From Callorhinchus milii (Eukaryota), in contig NW_024704742.1 of NCBI RefSeq assembly GCF_018977255.1, positions 109,432,001-109,496,000 of the forward strand: DNA of 64,000 nucleotides, read 5' to 3'. Both the position numbers and the translations under genes were made by a program. The notes under the pieces are model-generated. The model did not search any database. It saw nothing but the letters and a program-made list of their open reading frames with translations, and had not been told where the DNA came from. Shown here piece by piece: positions 40,670-54,772 of the stretch (its first letter is position 1; each line of letters starts with the position of its first letter).

Positions 40670-41581
40670 CATGCAATCACATCACATATTATATTTTTGA
40701 CCCCATTTATGGAAGAGAATACATTAATTTGCAGCACAGATAACCCACAGCACAAAAAAAATCCATCTCTACTCTTTCTGTCACCTGATGGGAGTCTTGC
40801 TGTGAGTACATGTGAAATATTACAGTGGCAGCAGACATAAAAATCTGAAGGGAACAAGGCTCTTGTACTTACAATATTCAGAAAAAACAAGAACTGGTTT
40901 GGATAGCATGTTACAAAGATGTGATGGAATGCCTGGTTCAGATCATTTTGTAAACTGCTTGAGCTTTCCTTTGATAGATTCTCTCATCATCTGAACCCTC
41001 CTCTGGTGTGTCACAACTTTGAAATGAACTGTAAAAAAGCCACTGAAAAAAGCCAGATAAAATTATATTTGTCATTTGTTGTGTTCCACTTTAAAGTTAC
41101 CGATATTGTACTCTGTTGCATTTTCAGTGAGGTTTAAATCCAGGCAGTAAGGATCAAAGAGGGTTGAATTTCTCATGTCATAAGTTGCAGTATTAACTGG
41201 GAGGAAAAAGAGGGGACTTACTCAATGGGTAATGGGACCACAGATCATAAAGAACAGAAAGTGGCAGATTTGAATCCCGTTTTGTGATGAGTTAGTTGTT
41301 CTGAGGTAGTGCAGATATAGGGGTGCTACAATTCGCCTCAATAGCTTTGGGTTACGCACTGTAAATTAGCCAGGATTAATGGCCACTTGGCTGAGGTACC
41401 AGAGGCTGTCTGACAAACCATACCGCTGTAAAAGACAATAAGATTCAATCTCTATCAGGAGAGATGGAAAGTTTAGAAGAAAAGCAATATCCTTCCCAAA
41501 ACATTTTCAAGTGTTTTCGAGAGCTTAATTTTGAGTGACCACAACATAGTGCTGCAGCTGTTTAGTTCAATAGTAATAGCA

Positions 41582-41702
41582 ATTATAATAATAAACATGA
41601 TCCTTGCATTTGGTATAATGCCCTATCACATTGTTGAGACATCTCAAAGCACTTCACAGGATATTCTATAAAATGGTTTGACTGTTTATTTTGTGGGTGA
41701 AA
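41582..41702 (-). mobile_element. SINE 3' fragment
   Basis: atccttgcatttggtataatgcc...tctcaaagcacttcacag...ttttgtgggtgaaa. Confidence 0.78.
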
Positions 41703-44700
41703 AGTCTTGTTCAAAGCTGTGTGAATATCAGTTGCTTTGAAAGCACGGATGATCAACAAAGTGTGTCTGCACTGTGTGCTGTAAAACGATTCAGAAAGTT
41801 GTCTCAGCCCTGACGTTGTAACGGTGTTTACATTAAAGATGATCAGACATGAGCCAGTGAGGTCTTTTACTAGTGTTACGAGACATTACCGGATAATTCC
41901 ATTTCTAAAATTAGCAATTCTTCAGGAAGAAAGTTATCCCTTGAGTCGTTTTGAAAAAAGCCTGATAAAATTGGTTATACTACAGACAACAGATAGTATG
42001 ATATGAATATGCTCTCAGCAGAGAGAAAAAAAATGACTTCTCCTGTCATATTTAGTGTTTGAGGGCAGTAACACAAAACTGATGAACTAATAAGCAGCTG
42101 TTAAAGCCTGATAATGCAATGGGTCTATTGATCAGGTGCCGATGGGTACAGCTGGCATGCACTGCACTTACATCAAGCGTGCTCTGCCTCGAGGTGCCTA
42201 TGAGGTAGCCTTTCGCTTGGTTGACCTCTGTAGTCACAGTTTCTTAATCTACGGCTTCAGATTTCAAACCTGGCAATTATATTACTTTTTAATGGATTAC
42301 ATTAGAGAAATGTGTCAGCTTTTAGCAGAAACATATAACATTGAATCAGATCAATATACACGGACAATTATGAAAGAAAAAGTGAAATATGGAATTACAG
42401 CCTTGCTTATCTCCTGATAGCATATGGAAAGTAAATTCACAAAGCTGACATATTCCCCTGACTCCTCAGATATATTTTAATGTGATAGTTGTCAGTAAAT
42501 GGACTATAGAGTGTAACTGGATTCCTCTAATGCTTTTGGAAACAACAGCAAAGTTGATTTAAGGGAGGAAAATATCTGATTCTCTTTACCTGAGATAAGT
42601 ACATTTCAAATATGAGAGATTGAAAAAGCTATGCTCCATTCCTGGGGAAAACCCACAGAGGTTTACTATTGGTTGAATCACAGAATAAAGCAGTAAAGCT
42701 TCAGAAATTCAAAGCTTTTGAACAATTTGGGAATAATTATGAAATCCATTTGCAGTCTGCATGCTTCATTTGAATGTACTATTCTATTAAAATTATAGAA
42801 ACATTATTTTACTAGAAACATGTTTACAAGTCTTTCTGAACAATGTTTTTTGGTCCAGCAGGCACCAAATCTCACAGCAGGTGAAGCCAGCTAATAACTC
42901 GGAGACCCGACCAAGACCTGTAAATCTCAGGCCATTGCTTCATGCACTGAACCCTGGCCCTTCTTTCAGGCAATCTTTGAAAGTAGTTTTCTTACCTGAG
43001 GTTAATCAATCACAGCTTTCATTTTGCAGACTTTCGGGTCAGTACTTTCTGTACACTTTAAACAGAAATCCAAATCCAAAAGAACTTACAGATTTGTAAT
43101 GGTTTTTATAGCAGTTTTGTTATCATAGAGTAAAGTTATTTTGCCAACATCTGTTTATATTTTCTTTTAACATTTAAAACTGACTTGTGACTAATTCCAC
43201 AGGATGACCTGTGGAAGAGTATGTCATGTTTGCCCAAACATTTAACAGGCTGTACAAATATAGCCAACTAGAAGTTCCCATTAGTGACAATAAGTCCACT
43301 TAATTTGTCTTGTAAAAAGAATGACTAAGATGCAACATTCAGATCAAGTGCTGAGTCTAACCAATGTGTTAGGGCATTGTATTTCAAAGTCAAATGTGCT
43401 CTAATCCAGGAGAAATGTTTTCACACCGCTGGTCATTATACACTATAGTATTATCAAATTTAATTTAATGGGAGGCCTACTAGACAGTTTATTTGGTTAG
43501 GAAACAAGAGAGTTTGATTTCAGAATTTTTGCAATTTTTAAAAATACAGTAAAAATGGTAAATCCAAATTTTAAAAAAAATGTAATACATAAATGTTTGG
43601 AGACACCGGGCTGCCATACCACATTGAAGAAGCGAATATTTTAAAATAAATAATAATTCTCAGGCAAATAACAGAATTGTTGCCTTGGAAATGATCAAGT
43701 TGGAAAATTAGCCAGTGTAAACAGAGGACTGCTCAACAAATGTAAGGATGAAATGAATGGATCCCAGTTTTATTAAAGATGCAAATTAGATTCGGTGTGG
43801 GAAATAAATGCTGGAAATATGGCTATCATGGGATACTTTTGACAACATGATAATCTGAAAGAAACGCAATATTTTGATGGCTGGATAAAAGCCAACTGTG
43901 ACTACCAGCAATCCTGTTGATTTGAGGATTGGGGAGGGAGGAGGTGGAGATGTTCACGCCAATGAACTATAAAGCTACACTTTTACTTGTTACATTGTAA
44001 CAGCTGAGTTTTTGTCTTTTGCAAAGAAGCAATGAATGTCTCGCATTTCAATCTGAACTAGGATTGTGTTTTAACACTAAAACGCCATTTAGCCGGACCA
44101 GTGTGTGTGTGGGTGGGAGATCTGGCTAAGTGTATAAGCTATCTTCTGCTCACAGGATTCAAACAGAGTCAAAGACAATATCGCTGGCCACTGAAGGTCA
44201 GCAAGGGTGGTGAGGCGGGAGCGTGGACTGAGAGAGGTGGGCGGGCAGGAAACGATGGGCCTGCGGAAGCTTTCTTTTAAAATTCCGAATACCCAGAGTC
44301 TGTGATTCCTTTATACATAGGGGAACTGCTTATTATTGCGCTCTCTCACTTTGGTGTATCAGAGTATTGCTGTTATCATAACATGAGAAAAAAATAGGTG
44401 TACCATAGATACTTCAGGATTAAAATCAAACGGAATAGATCATACCTCTAATTATAAAGTGTGTCAGTGGCTGTCCTTGCTGGAGAGGAAGTATTTAGAA
44501 GTTCCTGCACTGCTCATGCTGTATGCAATAGCAGGAAATAGTAACAATGTGACATTGGTTGACGTTGATAGTCTTGTCCCTGTGGCTTTGAAACTAGTAA
44601 ATTGCTGAATTGATTTTCATTGGAATTAACATCTTTCCTCCTTATCTTCCTTCGGCCACCGCCCTCCCCCCGCCTCGGTTCAGTGCAGACATTCTAGTTG

Positions 44701-45187
44701 GTCTGACCTTTAAAAGCTACCAAAAAATTACCATCTGTTACTGGTGTAATCATTTTCATTTCCTTTAGTAGTTAAAGTTCGTCTCATGTAATTGAATTGT
44801 GGCACAATTTTTAGGAACCTGTTAAAAGTAAAATGAACTGGTTACAACTAGATATCTTGTCTGGAAAATATTTCTGTATTATATGGCATCTTATGTTTTT
44901 ATTTTGTTTATTTGATCTATTATTGTATCATGGCTACACACATCTCGCCCAGCGACTGTCAGAGTCTGTCAGAGCAGCCTGTCAGACTTGGCACTGAATG
45001 TCTCTGTCACCACAGTCGGTTGGCGTCATTCAAAAGAGGCCATTCTGGGTGAAATTGTGTTTTTCTCCCATTCAATTTCAAATTGTTTCCTTTACATGAT
45101 AATCTGGCAATTTTATCTTAAACAAACTAAGTAATAGAACTTCAACTCTGCAATATCTGGTTGTGACCTCACATTGTGAGCTCTCGT

Positions 45188-45537
45188 GGAGTCCCGTAGC
45201 ATAGTGGTTAGAGCCCTTGCCTCTGCAAGTGAGAGGACCTGGGTTTCATTCCGGGGCTGGGCGAAATGTTGGCCAAGTTTCCTTATTCCACACGCCTCTG
45301 TTCATCTAGCAGTAAGTTAGTCGATTGGTGGATCATTTTCCGGAGGTAATAATCCCTTAAAAAAAAATCCATGACTGTTTGTGAGTTACTGCTGTGTCCA
45401 ATTGGCTGCCATGTTTCGCCCACAAAATATACTGTTAATTCACTTTACAGTATATTCTGTGAAGCGCTTTGAGATGTCTTGAAGAAGTGATAAGGAGCAA
45501 TATCAAATGCAAAGATTATTATTATTATATTATTATT
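45188..45537 (+). mobile_element. Full-length tRNA-derived SINE, long subfamily
   Basis: Same head and tail plus the internal segment ctgttcatctagcagtaagttagtcgattggtggatc; (ATT)n tail. Confidence 0.92.
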
Positions 45538-46031
45538 TGAACCAACCAAGCTGACAAATAGCCAGAATTCTATTTTTCAACAAGAATCCTATTAAAAAAT
45601 GTCAGCATTTCCCACACTTCGCTCATTGTTAGTAGAAAGTATTTTTGGAGAAAAGCAGCCAGGAGCTCAACTGACTGAACATTGGACTCCCAACCGGAGG
45701 ATCGTGAACTTGAATTACAGGGCTGCAATTTTCTGGGGGAGGTTAGTCAGTTTTCAGTTAGGCAATTGGTTGGCAAGCTGTATGAAATCAAGGTGGCCCA
45801 GTCAAGGTGGTGACTCATATAGTCTGGGTCACGCCAGTTAAAGTGTGTTGTCTCATTGCTGATTCCTTTTGTTTAGCCAGTCTGGTGTCTGGCATGAGAA
45901 ACCCATCACCATTGCTGTTTGGATACTGTTAAAAGTGGTCACTTAAGATAGCAATGAGCTACTCCCCATTCAATTTATTGAATTTATTAATTTACTAATA
46001 GAGGCTATTTAATGATAAATAATAACAATAA

Positions 46032-46271
46032 TGTTATCACTTTGTGAAGCAAGGCATTCTCTGTGCACAGTGTGAGTGCACACAATGCTTAGAAAGTGAT
46101 GTTTGTGGTACTTTCTGCTCATAAGTGTAATGCACTGGAAGTGACTGCATTGACCTGACAACCCACAAGTTGGCCAATTTTAGCACAAGAAACCCACTAG
46201 TCAGTGCCAGAAGCCAAGGGTACTTTGCTTCCGGTTATCATGAATCCACAGTAGACCTGCTATAAGCAGGT
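46032..46271 (+). repeat. Second copy of the SINE-associated 5' segment
   Basis: See 20146-20371; one indel near the start. Confidence 0.93.
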
Positions 46272-46478
46272 GGAGTCCTGTAGCTCAGTGGTTAGAGCAC
46301 TCGCCTCGGAAGCGAGACCTGGCTTTGATTCCCATTAGGGCGACTAACAACTGGGTTCCTCCTTACTGCTTGGTAAACAGAGGTGTGTGGAGTAAGGAAA
46401 TTTGCCCAACGTTTCGCCCTGTCGGGAATCGAACCTAGGTCCTCTCGTTTGTGAAGTGCTCTAACCACTAAGCTACAG
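46272..46478. mobile_element. Rearranged SINE: forward head (46272-46343) fused to an inverted 5' half (46341-46478)
   Basis: ctgtagctcagtggttagagcact ... agtgctctaaccactaagctacag; the junction shares cga. Confidence 0.85.
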
Positions 46479-48039
46479 TGATCTCTGGGTTTCTTTGCGA
46501 TTTGACAGAAATAACTGCAAAATTGATTGATACCATTACAAAGAACTCACTGACTTATTCCAAGTGCAATGCAAGAATTATTATTACCACTTACCAATTT
46601 TCAGACATTTTTATCACAACGTACATCAATATTATGACACAAAGTCCATGAGCTTCTGTGTTCAGGGGGACGAGATGCACTGATGCTAGTTTAGTCTTAA
46701 ACAGGACCTCACTTCAGTACTTCATGTTGATGAGCTTTGCTTTGCACCAGCTGGGTAGTATAAAAAGGGTAAAAGACTGTTTCACTTACTTGTCATACAG
46801 CTTATCACATGCTAACTGCCTAGACATGTTAGCTATTGGCAGCCAAACTCTTGCTGTTATGTTCTTTGGTAACATTTGTACTGCTGTCTGGTGATTTTAT
46901 TTTATCCCCGTTCTCCTTCTCTTCTATTATCATTCAGGAAACCTGAGTTTTTATAGATTTAAGTCTACTGAGACTAGACTGTCAACTTTAGAACCCTTCA
47001 GTGACAGGTAAAATGAATCTATTGTCGCTGGGCTGAATATGAGCCTTATTCCCAAAGGGATAGCGCCTTCTCTACCTTGTATATCAGATGTTTATAATGT
47101 TGTGCAATAATGCCATGCAGCCAACCATTCCACATGTGCCCTGATCAATTATCCTTCTCAGCCCTTTTAAGGTCCACATATATATTTTGCAAATTTACTT
47201 GAACAGAATTGGTGTCCAGTGCTTTCATACAGTCCCTGTAGTGTATTAGACTATACTGTCATTAACTTATTGTTTGTGCATTGTGTTATTGCAACTGAAA
47301 CTTTTATATCATCCTTTGCTGTGGATATTCCTATCTGTTTATTTATCTGATCTTTTTGCTCACTTCCTATGCCTTGGTTCGGGAGGGTTGGATATTCAGC
47401 ATTCCGTTGTATTCCCTCTCTAGTTCCTGGTGACCTGACCTTTGCTATAATCACCCTTGCTGCTTCTCATGAGTCCTTACAGAGATGTATTACCTCACTG
47501 ACGAAATGGGCAGCTCTAATACAGAAAACAGATGTGCTTGCAACAAAAAGGATATTTATTGTTTTGTTTCGCTTATCCTTAATTTGTCACTTCTGCTGCG
47601 CAGCCATATTCAACAAGGAAAAATATTTAGCTAAGTTTATATTATTTTTTTGCTGAGATCAAGTCAGTGCTTAAGGCTCTGAGGCTCCACAGCTCCTTTT
47701 TCTGGGTTTTTGATTCATCAGTAAAATGTGCAACTCCAAAAGGAGAACACTTCAAATGCAGTTCATTTTCAGGATTCTGCAACTGCTTGTTTTGGTTATA
47801 CGAGGTGTACATCTTCACTCTGTAGCAGTGATCTACTTCTGTGATTGATAGCATTAGTAGCAGCGACTGGAGATCAGGAGCGATGGTAAACAAAACAGAC
47901 AGCTGTCGACTTTGATCTCCCAGACTCAAAGAAAAAGGCAAAACCTGAACCACCTCCTGAGCACAATCTAGTAGCCCTGCTGGAAGGTGCTCTTGCATGG
48001 ATTGTGGGTGATGACAGGATAAGCCTCAGCTGTAATGCC

Positions 48040-48290
48040 TCGTCCATACCAGTTGGTCTTCCAGTACTCGATGTCCATGCTTACGCATGAAGAATACTCA
48101 TTTGGATCAGTACGGAGGATTTCTGATACCTCTGTCATTATATCTCCACATAATTTTAATTCAAGATCCTTGTCATCACACTCAAATCCCTCCATGGCTT
48201 TATTCCATTTTACCTCAGTAACCTCCTGGAACCCTGCAGACCCAATCACTCCCTTCTCTTAGAAAATACTGGCCTGCTTTATGTGCCAAA
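48040..48290 (+). mobile_element. Degraded L2-type LINE ORF2 fragment
   Basis: FKILVITLKSLHGFIPFYLSNLL starting near 48161. Confidence 0.72.
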
Positions 48291-50196
48291 TGAATTAAAT
48301 CTATAGCAAGACATTTGTTTATGGTGACAAGTTAAAGGTTATTGAAGCTTCCCTAGTGAAGATGCTGTAACCCAATGCAATACTGTGACTGGCTCTAAGT
48401 GAAACAATGTGAGCATCCCTAAACCAGAAAGAGCCCAATCACAGTAAAACCTAAAGGTTCCACTAAAATACAACCACTGGAGTATTATTCAGCTGACTCC
48501 TCAAATCAATGTCCCCATTATAGTTTTTGTTTTTGCGAACAATTGCACACCATTACATAGAAATGCACAGCTGGGAAACATTTGTCACTCAAATTAAACT
48601 GTAACACTTAAATGACATTTGGATTTTTAAATCTCACTTGAAGAGAATGTACCATTCTGGTACCAATGCAAAAGCGAAATAACATAAATATTTCAATTCA
48701 GAGAATGTTCCAAATGAAAACCTGCCAAATAAAAACCCATGTCCTTTTCTGACCTTCCAAAACCACTTTCTGACTTTTCAATCACATAATACCTCAAATG
48801 TATCAATATTTGCCACGTTTGCTCAACGCGGGATCAATTTAGTTGGGCATTCAGTATTTATCAAATTGAATGTTCCCTGAATGTCCTGGAAGTGGGTCCA
48901 CACATTAAACTTCCAGCTCACAGACTGCAGCTTTCGACTGCTCTGTGTTCAGTAAAAATCCAGAATCCTGTTAACCTGTTAACCAGAATATAGAATAAGA
49001 GATTTTCTTAGTTGCTGGTATAGTATACAATCTTATAAAATGTATTTCTATAATATTATGTTTATGCTAAAATGCAAATAATAAATAAATAATTTTATAA
49101 TAAAATGCAAGTCTCAAAGATTTACAAGTGACAGTATGGAGACCTTTACACTTGCTCAGTGAATGTGTCATTGCTTTCTCCCCCCCATTATGCTTGTATT
49201 TGTGAAATCTGAAGCGTGTAGATTATTGTGATTTAAAATATAGAACAATTACCGAAGTGAGATACTTAATGTGGAGGCTGATTAAGGTGTGAATCCATCT
49301 TCATTTACTTTGGCTTGAATTTCCAGATTGTATGCTAACGTGCAAATAACATCGTTTTTTTCAGCAGGCATGGGATGGATTGGTAATACAAGCATGAACT
49401 CGCCCATCACTGGGAAATGAGCTAATTGGGTGTCTGTGCAGATTCTCTTCTTACAGTGATTAAACAAGTTGTGATTGCTTTCACCATTTTGCGAATTTAC
49501 TTTGTTAACCGATCTGTGATAAACTGCAAGTCTCTTGAAAGTGAGATGCAGTATGTGATCTCATGCATTGAAATAGTTTAAAGAATAGGGAGAGCAGGTT
49601 ACTAAAATATCTTGGATAACATTAACAATTTACTGTATATATTATTCCTTGGTGCTCACTTAACTAACTCTCCTCACCAGCATCAATAAAATTAGCATTA
49701 ATAGCCACGGTATTTTGTAATGAAATGTGCTACTGCACAGCTGTCTTGTCAAAGGACTTGGCACACAATGTATTTAATTGCTTGAAAGGTGCCACAGCAC
49801 CACCAGTACATGAGTGAAACGATTATTTGTTAAAAATGTATGTGAGCTAGTGTTATTTTTAAAATCAGTAGAACATCTGTCCTTTTGCACTTGTTGTTGA
49901 TGATACTGGTGCAGAATAAATGATCTATGTCAGATTGTCCAAAAACATCGACAGAAGCTTGAGCATGTTTTAAGCTAATGCATATTTTGGAGTATTTTTT
50001 AATGTTGTGACCTTTAAATACGCTGGTGCTTAGAGTATTAAAAACTAATCCTAGATTGCGGCTTTCCCTGAAATTACTTTCAATGTTCTGACACATTGGG
50101 GACAAAACCTAACAAATTTTAAAATGCACAGTCACTACACTTTACAGTGAAGCCTGACATGAAAGGTATATCAAACTCAAGCATTATTAAACATAA

Positions 50197-50292
50197 ACAC
50201 AGAAGTCGCTGGGAACAATCAACAGGTCAGGCAGCATCTATGGAGAAAGGAAAGTGATTCAACGTTTCAGGTCCACGACCCTTCATCAGAAC
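50197..50292 (-). mobile_element. Single arm of the same Penelope-derived repeat
   Basis: acagaagtcgctgggaacaatcaacaggtcaggcagcatctatggagaaagg...gtttcaggtccacgacccttcatcagaac aligns with 61133-61226; aacataa repeated at 50190-50196 and 50290-50296. Confidence 0.75.
50258..50292 (-). ncRNA. Minimal type-I hammerhead ribozyme motif with intact catalytic core
   Basis: Minus strand GTT-CTGATGA-A-GGGTC-GTG-GACCT-GAAA-CG-T-T-GAA; stem I is weak. Confidence 0.65.
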
Positions 50293-53200
50293 ATAAGGAT
50301 TATTATTGTTCACTGCAAGTCACAAAATGGGCACACCTACCAATAACCAGAATGTTGACATGTGGGAATTTCGGTCTGGAAATAGATTGGGTCAGTGAAG
50401 GATTTCCATTGATCAATGTGGTCTATCTGCACATTTACTCGAAGGAGTCCCCATTTGCAAATCAAGGTTGTGATTAGGAATCCATCACAAATTGCTGCAA
50501 TTTAGACTTGTTAGATCACTAGTTACATCAGCAGAGCTGATGGCAATGTGTATAGTTTTTAAAGGTTTTCCCTTTCTTAAAAAAAATATTTTTGAATAAG
50601 GAGTGCATAATGTTGCTTACGTTTTAATTAATGTTCAACAATAAATGCATGTGAAGTAATAGGTATCTGGCAAGGAGTTACAAGGCAGTAATTCAGTCAA
50701 GTAGTTGTGATGATGTTATAAACCACAAAAGCTAAGCAAGAACAGCTTAGGTACATCAGCAGAATCGTGAGGATGAATCACTGCCTGAAATGGTCTCATT
50801 AGTCATAAAGCACTGTCCCATGGAGGGATGGAAAAGCAAAGGCTGAATCATTTCCCAGGGCTCTTTCATCCCAACCCCTAGTGGTCAGTTAAAGAGCAGC
50901 GTAAATAAATATAAGTGTAAATTATGGTCGGAAATTAGAAGATTCAGCAAAGCTGTTTGTGGTTACCGACGAGGTAATCAGGTCTACAGTAAAACATAAA
51001 AATTGCAATGAGCATTCTTTTGATTCCATCCACTGTTATGCCTTTCATTCCTTTCTGTGGTGCAAGAGAAATTATTTCATTATTTGTCCAATGTAAAGGG
51101 TAAAAAAAAGTCTAAAAGGCTGAAATTGTGCTTGTGATGGATACTAGTGATAAATCATTAACTCTGTTACTCAGCATGCTAATAAACTGCTGAAAATAAT
51201 TTATCTTGATTTCAATTTCTGTTTTTGAATTTTTTTTAAAAAAAATCTTTAATTCTGAACAGTTGGAGTGACACCAATATTTTGTCGAAGTGATTTCTAA
51301 ATTCTGTGGGTAAAAGAAAACGCAATCAATGAAATGTCATTTAAACAGTTGTAGAGTATACCCTCCTTTCTATTAAGTGGATGATTATTAACAGAAACTT
51401 CCTATCGTAGTGAGAAAGTGTTGAAATTGATTCCATTTAGCAGACAACTTGGATTGGAAAGGAAATACCAGTAGTGCTTCAAACTGGATTAGTGAGAGCC
51501 GTGCTTGTTCAAAGGTGTCTTATCAATTCTATTTGCTAACACAGCAGCTTGTTGAAGAAAAACAAGCAGAACCCTTCACTGCCTAGATTATTTTCCTATA
51601 AGCCTTCAGCACAGGAAATAGAAAACAGCTAATGGTTTAGGAGCATGTGGAATTGGTTTAAGTAAAGCCGAACCCTGATCCCACTGACCGCCTCCTCTTT
51701 CCTGTGCTATTTTGTCTATGCCTTGTGAAGAAAATGTCAACAAATTTCCTTAGAGCTCTGCTGAATTTTTGAACAGTTTTACAAAGACCTAATTTGAAAC
51801 AGATGCACTTGTGAGAAAACTGCAGGTTGTAGTATATTTGTAAAGAGAAACAGCCTCGGGATCCTACCGTGTGATCCTTGTTTATCCTTGAAAATTGTCA
51901 CAGAGGACTCACTTTGGGGCATTTACTCAGAAAAAACTCACATATAAACATTACAGAAGGTGAACAATGGGAACAGAGCTTGTAAGCAGCTTGCAAATGT
52001 CTGCCTGTGAACATTTCATCAGATCAAATGCTGTGTTCTGCAAGGCAGCTATGGTTGATGTCATAAAAGAGAACACTATGATAGGAAATGTTTTCAAAGC
52101 ATTTACTAGCATTTTGCGAATTAAAAGAAGAGTTCTAATAACCGAGGTTTTACCCACGGCAACAACTGTTTCTGTAGGCGTTACAAATTAATTTCCTTCT
52201 TCACATTTAGCAAGCTTTCTATTACATTTCTGAAATAGTAATCGAAGGCAGCATTATTTATCTTCAATGTTAATTAATCCTGCTTTGCTGTGGTAATTGA
52301 AAAAAACTGTCCGTGTTCATATCTGTAATAAAGAGCATCTTTTGACTAACAATTAATGACCCTAACTCTTCCAGTTCCACTGTTTCTTAACCAGATGAAA
52401 CTTGATCATTTTAAAATCATTTTTCCCCACTACACTGAATTGTGATTCTGCCCATTAGAATTGCACAGGTGCGTGCTATACCAATTCGATCAAGATACTT
52501 AAAAAGTCAAACTCAATCCATTTAAAGAAATCCGATTCAAACCTAATACCTATTATATTACATTATTTAACACCACTGTAATTGCATTGTCAAACAACAG
52601 TCTGTTTTTCATGAAAAAAGATTAGTGAGGGCACCAGGTTAAGATCCTTGACATTTTATTAGCTTTTTACCAGGCTAAAAACCACAAAACAAATGTTCCA
52701 AGACCATAGCACCGTACCTTGTGGTAGTATGGAGGATAACAATTCAGATGAGTTAGTGATCTTCACTTAGAATATTCTCCATATTTTCACTTTTCAAAGG
52801 AGCTAAGGCAATCAAATAAAGCCAGAAGTGTGAGGCTTTCAGGCATTTTGCAATTATAATGCGTCACAGCCAAATTCACAACCGATGTAGCAAATTGTCA
52901 AGTTTTTTTGGGGGGACTTACATTCTGCCTCATTCATTTCTGTACATAAAACAAAAAGAATGACCTGATGCTACAGTAGTGTAATTAATGTACTATATGT
53001 TGATAAAATGCTATAAATCGCTGGGCCAAGAATCACGTGTTTGTCATGGAGGGTCTCAGCATGTTTGGTGTCATTTGGTGTTGAGTGTTTATTTAAGTGC
53101 TTTTAAGTGCCCCTTCCTCCCACCGCTGCTCCACTGCTACTGCCCGTTTTGAATGCCATTGTCGAGAACAGCCATTTGCCCCTAGTAGTTGAGTCAAATA

Positions 53201-54772
53201 CCATTACTTTGAGTGTTTGACAATTCTATCTGGGTAGTTGAAGTTAAGGCAATAGTTCCGAGATGGGATCAGCAACTGTGAAGCCTTTCCTGGGGGGAAA
53301 GTTGATCCCCGTAGGATCTGAATGTACATTGTACAAAGGATGCTAGGGTACATTCACAGTGGTTTGACAAATCCATCACATGGCAGGATAGTGAGCAACA
53401 TTGGAAAATATGACATAACCATTAGTCGGCAAGTAACTCCACACATTTTGAAGAATATTTTCCACCATGAGATAAAAACGCCCTTTCTAAAGTAACTAAC
53501 GGTAAGGTGACCCCATCCACAAACATGATTTGTGTAGTTTATTGTTCAGACATTTTGCACATTTGCATTGTATTGAAGCAGATGAGCTGGGCTAACCTAA
53601 AATGTTTAACAGAATCTGTTCAATTGATGAAAGAGTAACATCCCTAGATCAGTGGTGGCAAAATCAAGAAATATTCAATCAAGAAAAAACTAGAAACCAC
53701 ACATTGGTTTAAAACAGTCTGACCTAGACAAGTGCAATTGTTCGGAGGGCCACTTCTTGAATGCCCTGCAGGCAAATTCCGTCCCACAGGCGATGGGTTG
53801 GCCACCACTGCCCTTGATTGTCAAGGTTGAACAGATCTGAACTAGTGTCCTATACACCAATAAATTATAATTTCTTGAGTCCAATAGTTTTTTATTAATA
53901 GTAGACAGTCCTGTAAGTTCTACCTCCTCCAAATCTATTCCTTCTTAAGAAAGATTATGAAACTGTGAGATGTTACTCTAGGTGCAAAACGTTGTTTGTG
54001 CAGAGGAAGATCTGAAAAGACTGTTTAAATTAATGAACTTGTACCCCATTGTAAGGGAATCTACCATACAGTAACCTGATGCATGCTTATTCCAACACAT
54101 AACAGCCATAAATCAGAAAAGGTCTTAAAGCAATCTAACACAACAGAATTTGCACAGCAAATTAATGCTGGTCTGTACTTCACACGTTAATGAGGACCAC
54201 TTAAGTTTTTTTCCAATGATAATGTAATTTTTTTTACACCGACAGAAAAGGCCTACGGAATTTTGTTACCATTTTAGCACAGGTTGCGCTATTTTACTCT
54301 CCTAATTCCATCATTAACTCTTAAAAATTGTTAACCAGAATTTCTCCCATCAGGACAAAAGGCAAGGGACAGAGAGAAAAAGGGACTGATGGACTGTAGT
54401 GGCCCTGGAATGATATAATACTATGAAGACGAGCGAGCCCATGAAGGAGCAATTATAAATTATTGAATTTCTAAAATCTTTAACAATTATAAGAATTGAC
54501 TAATCATTGACCCTCCTTTTCCAAGAAAAAACAAACTATAATTTAAAAATCTATGGTTTTCATGATCTCTGTGATTTTATTTTATAGATTCAACTAAACA
54601 TTCATTTTATTTATTATCCCATCTGGGTTGCGGTGAAACCTTTATAATGTGGCAGTTTCCATAAAGATGAAAAGAAAAAGTTTAAACCTTTGTCAATTAG
54701 CATTGCAGTGTATAATTTGTTGCCTTTGACTACAGCAAACTCATGATTTATTATGGTTCTTTTTATCCTCAG

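Noticed and set aside
47040..47500. Possible degraded CR1 RT fragment on the minus strand
   Set aside because: Only faint motif resemblance (TAKDDIK vs FADDTK); too weak to call.
47642..47998. Longest ORF (118 aa, minus strand)
   Set aside because: No recognisable homology; its start overlaps an old repeat.
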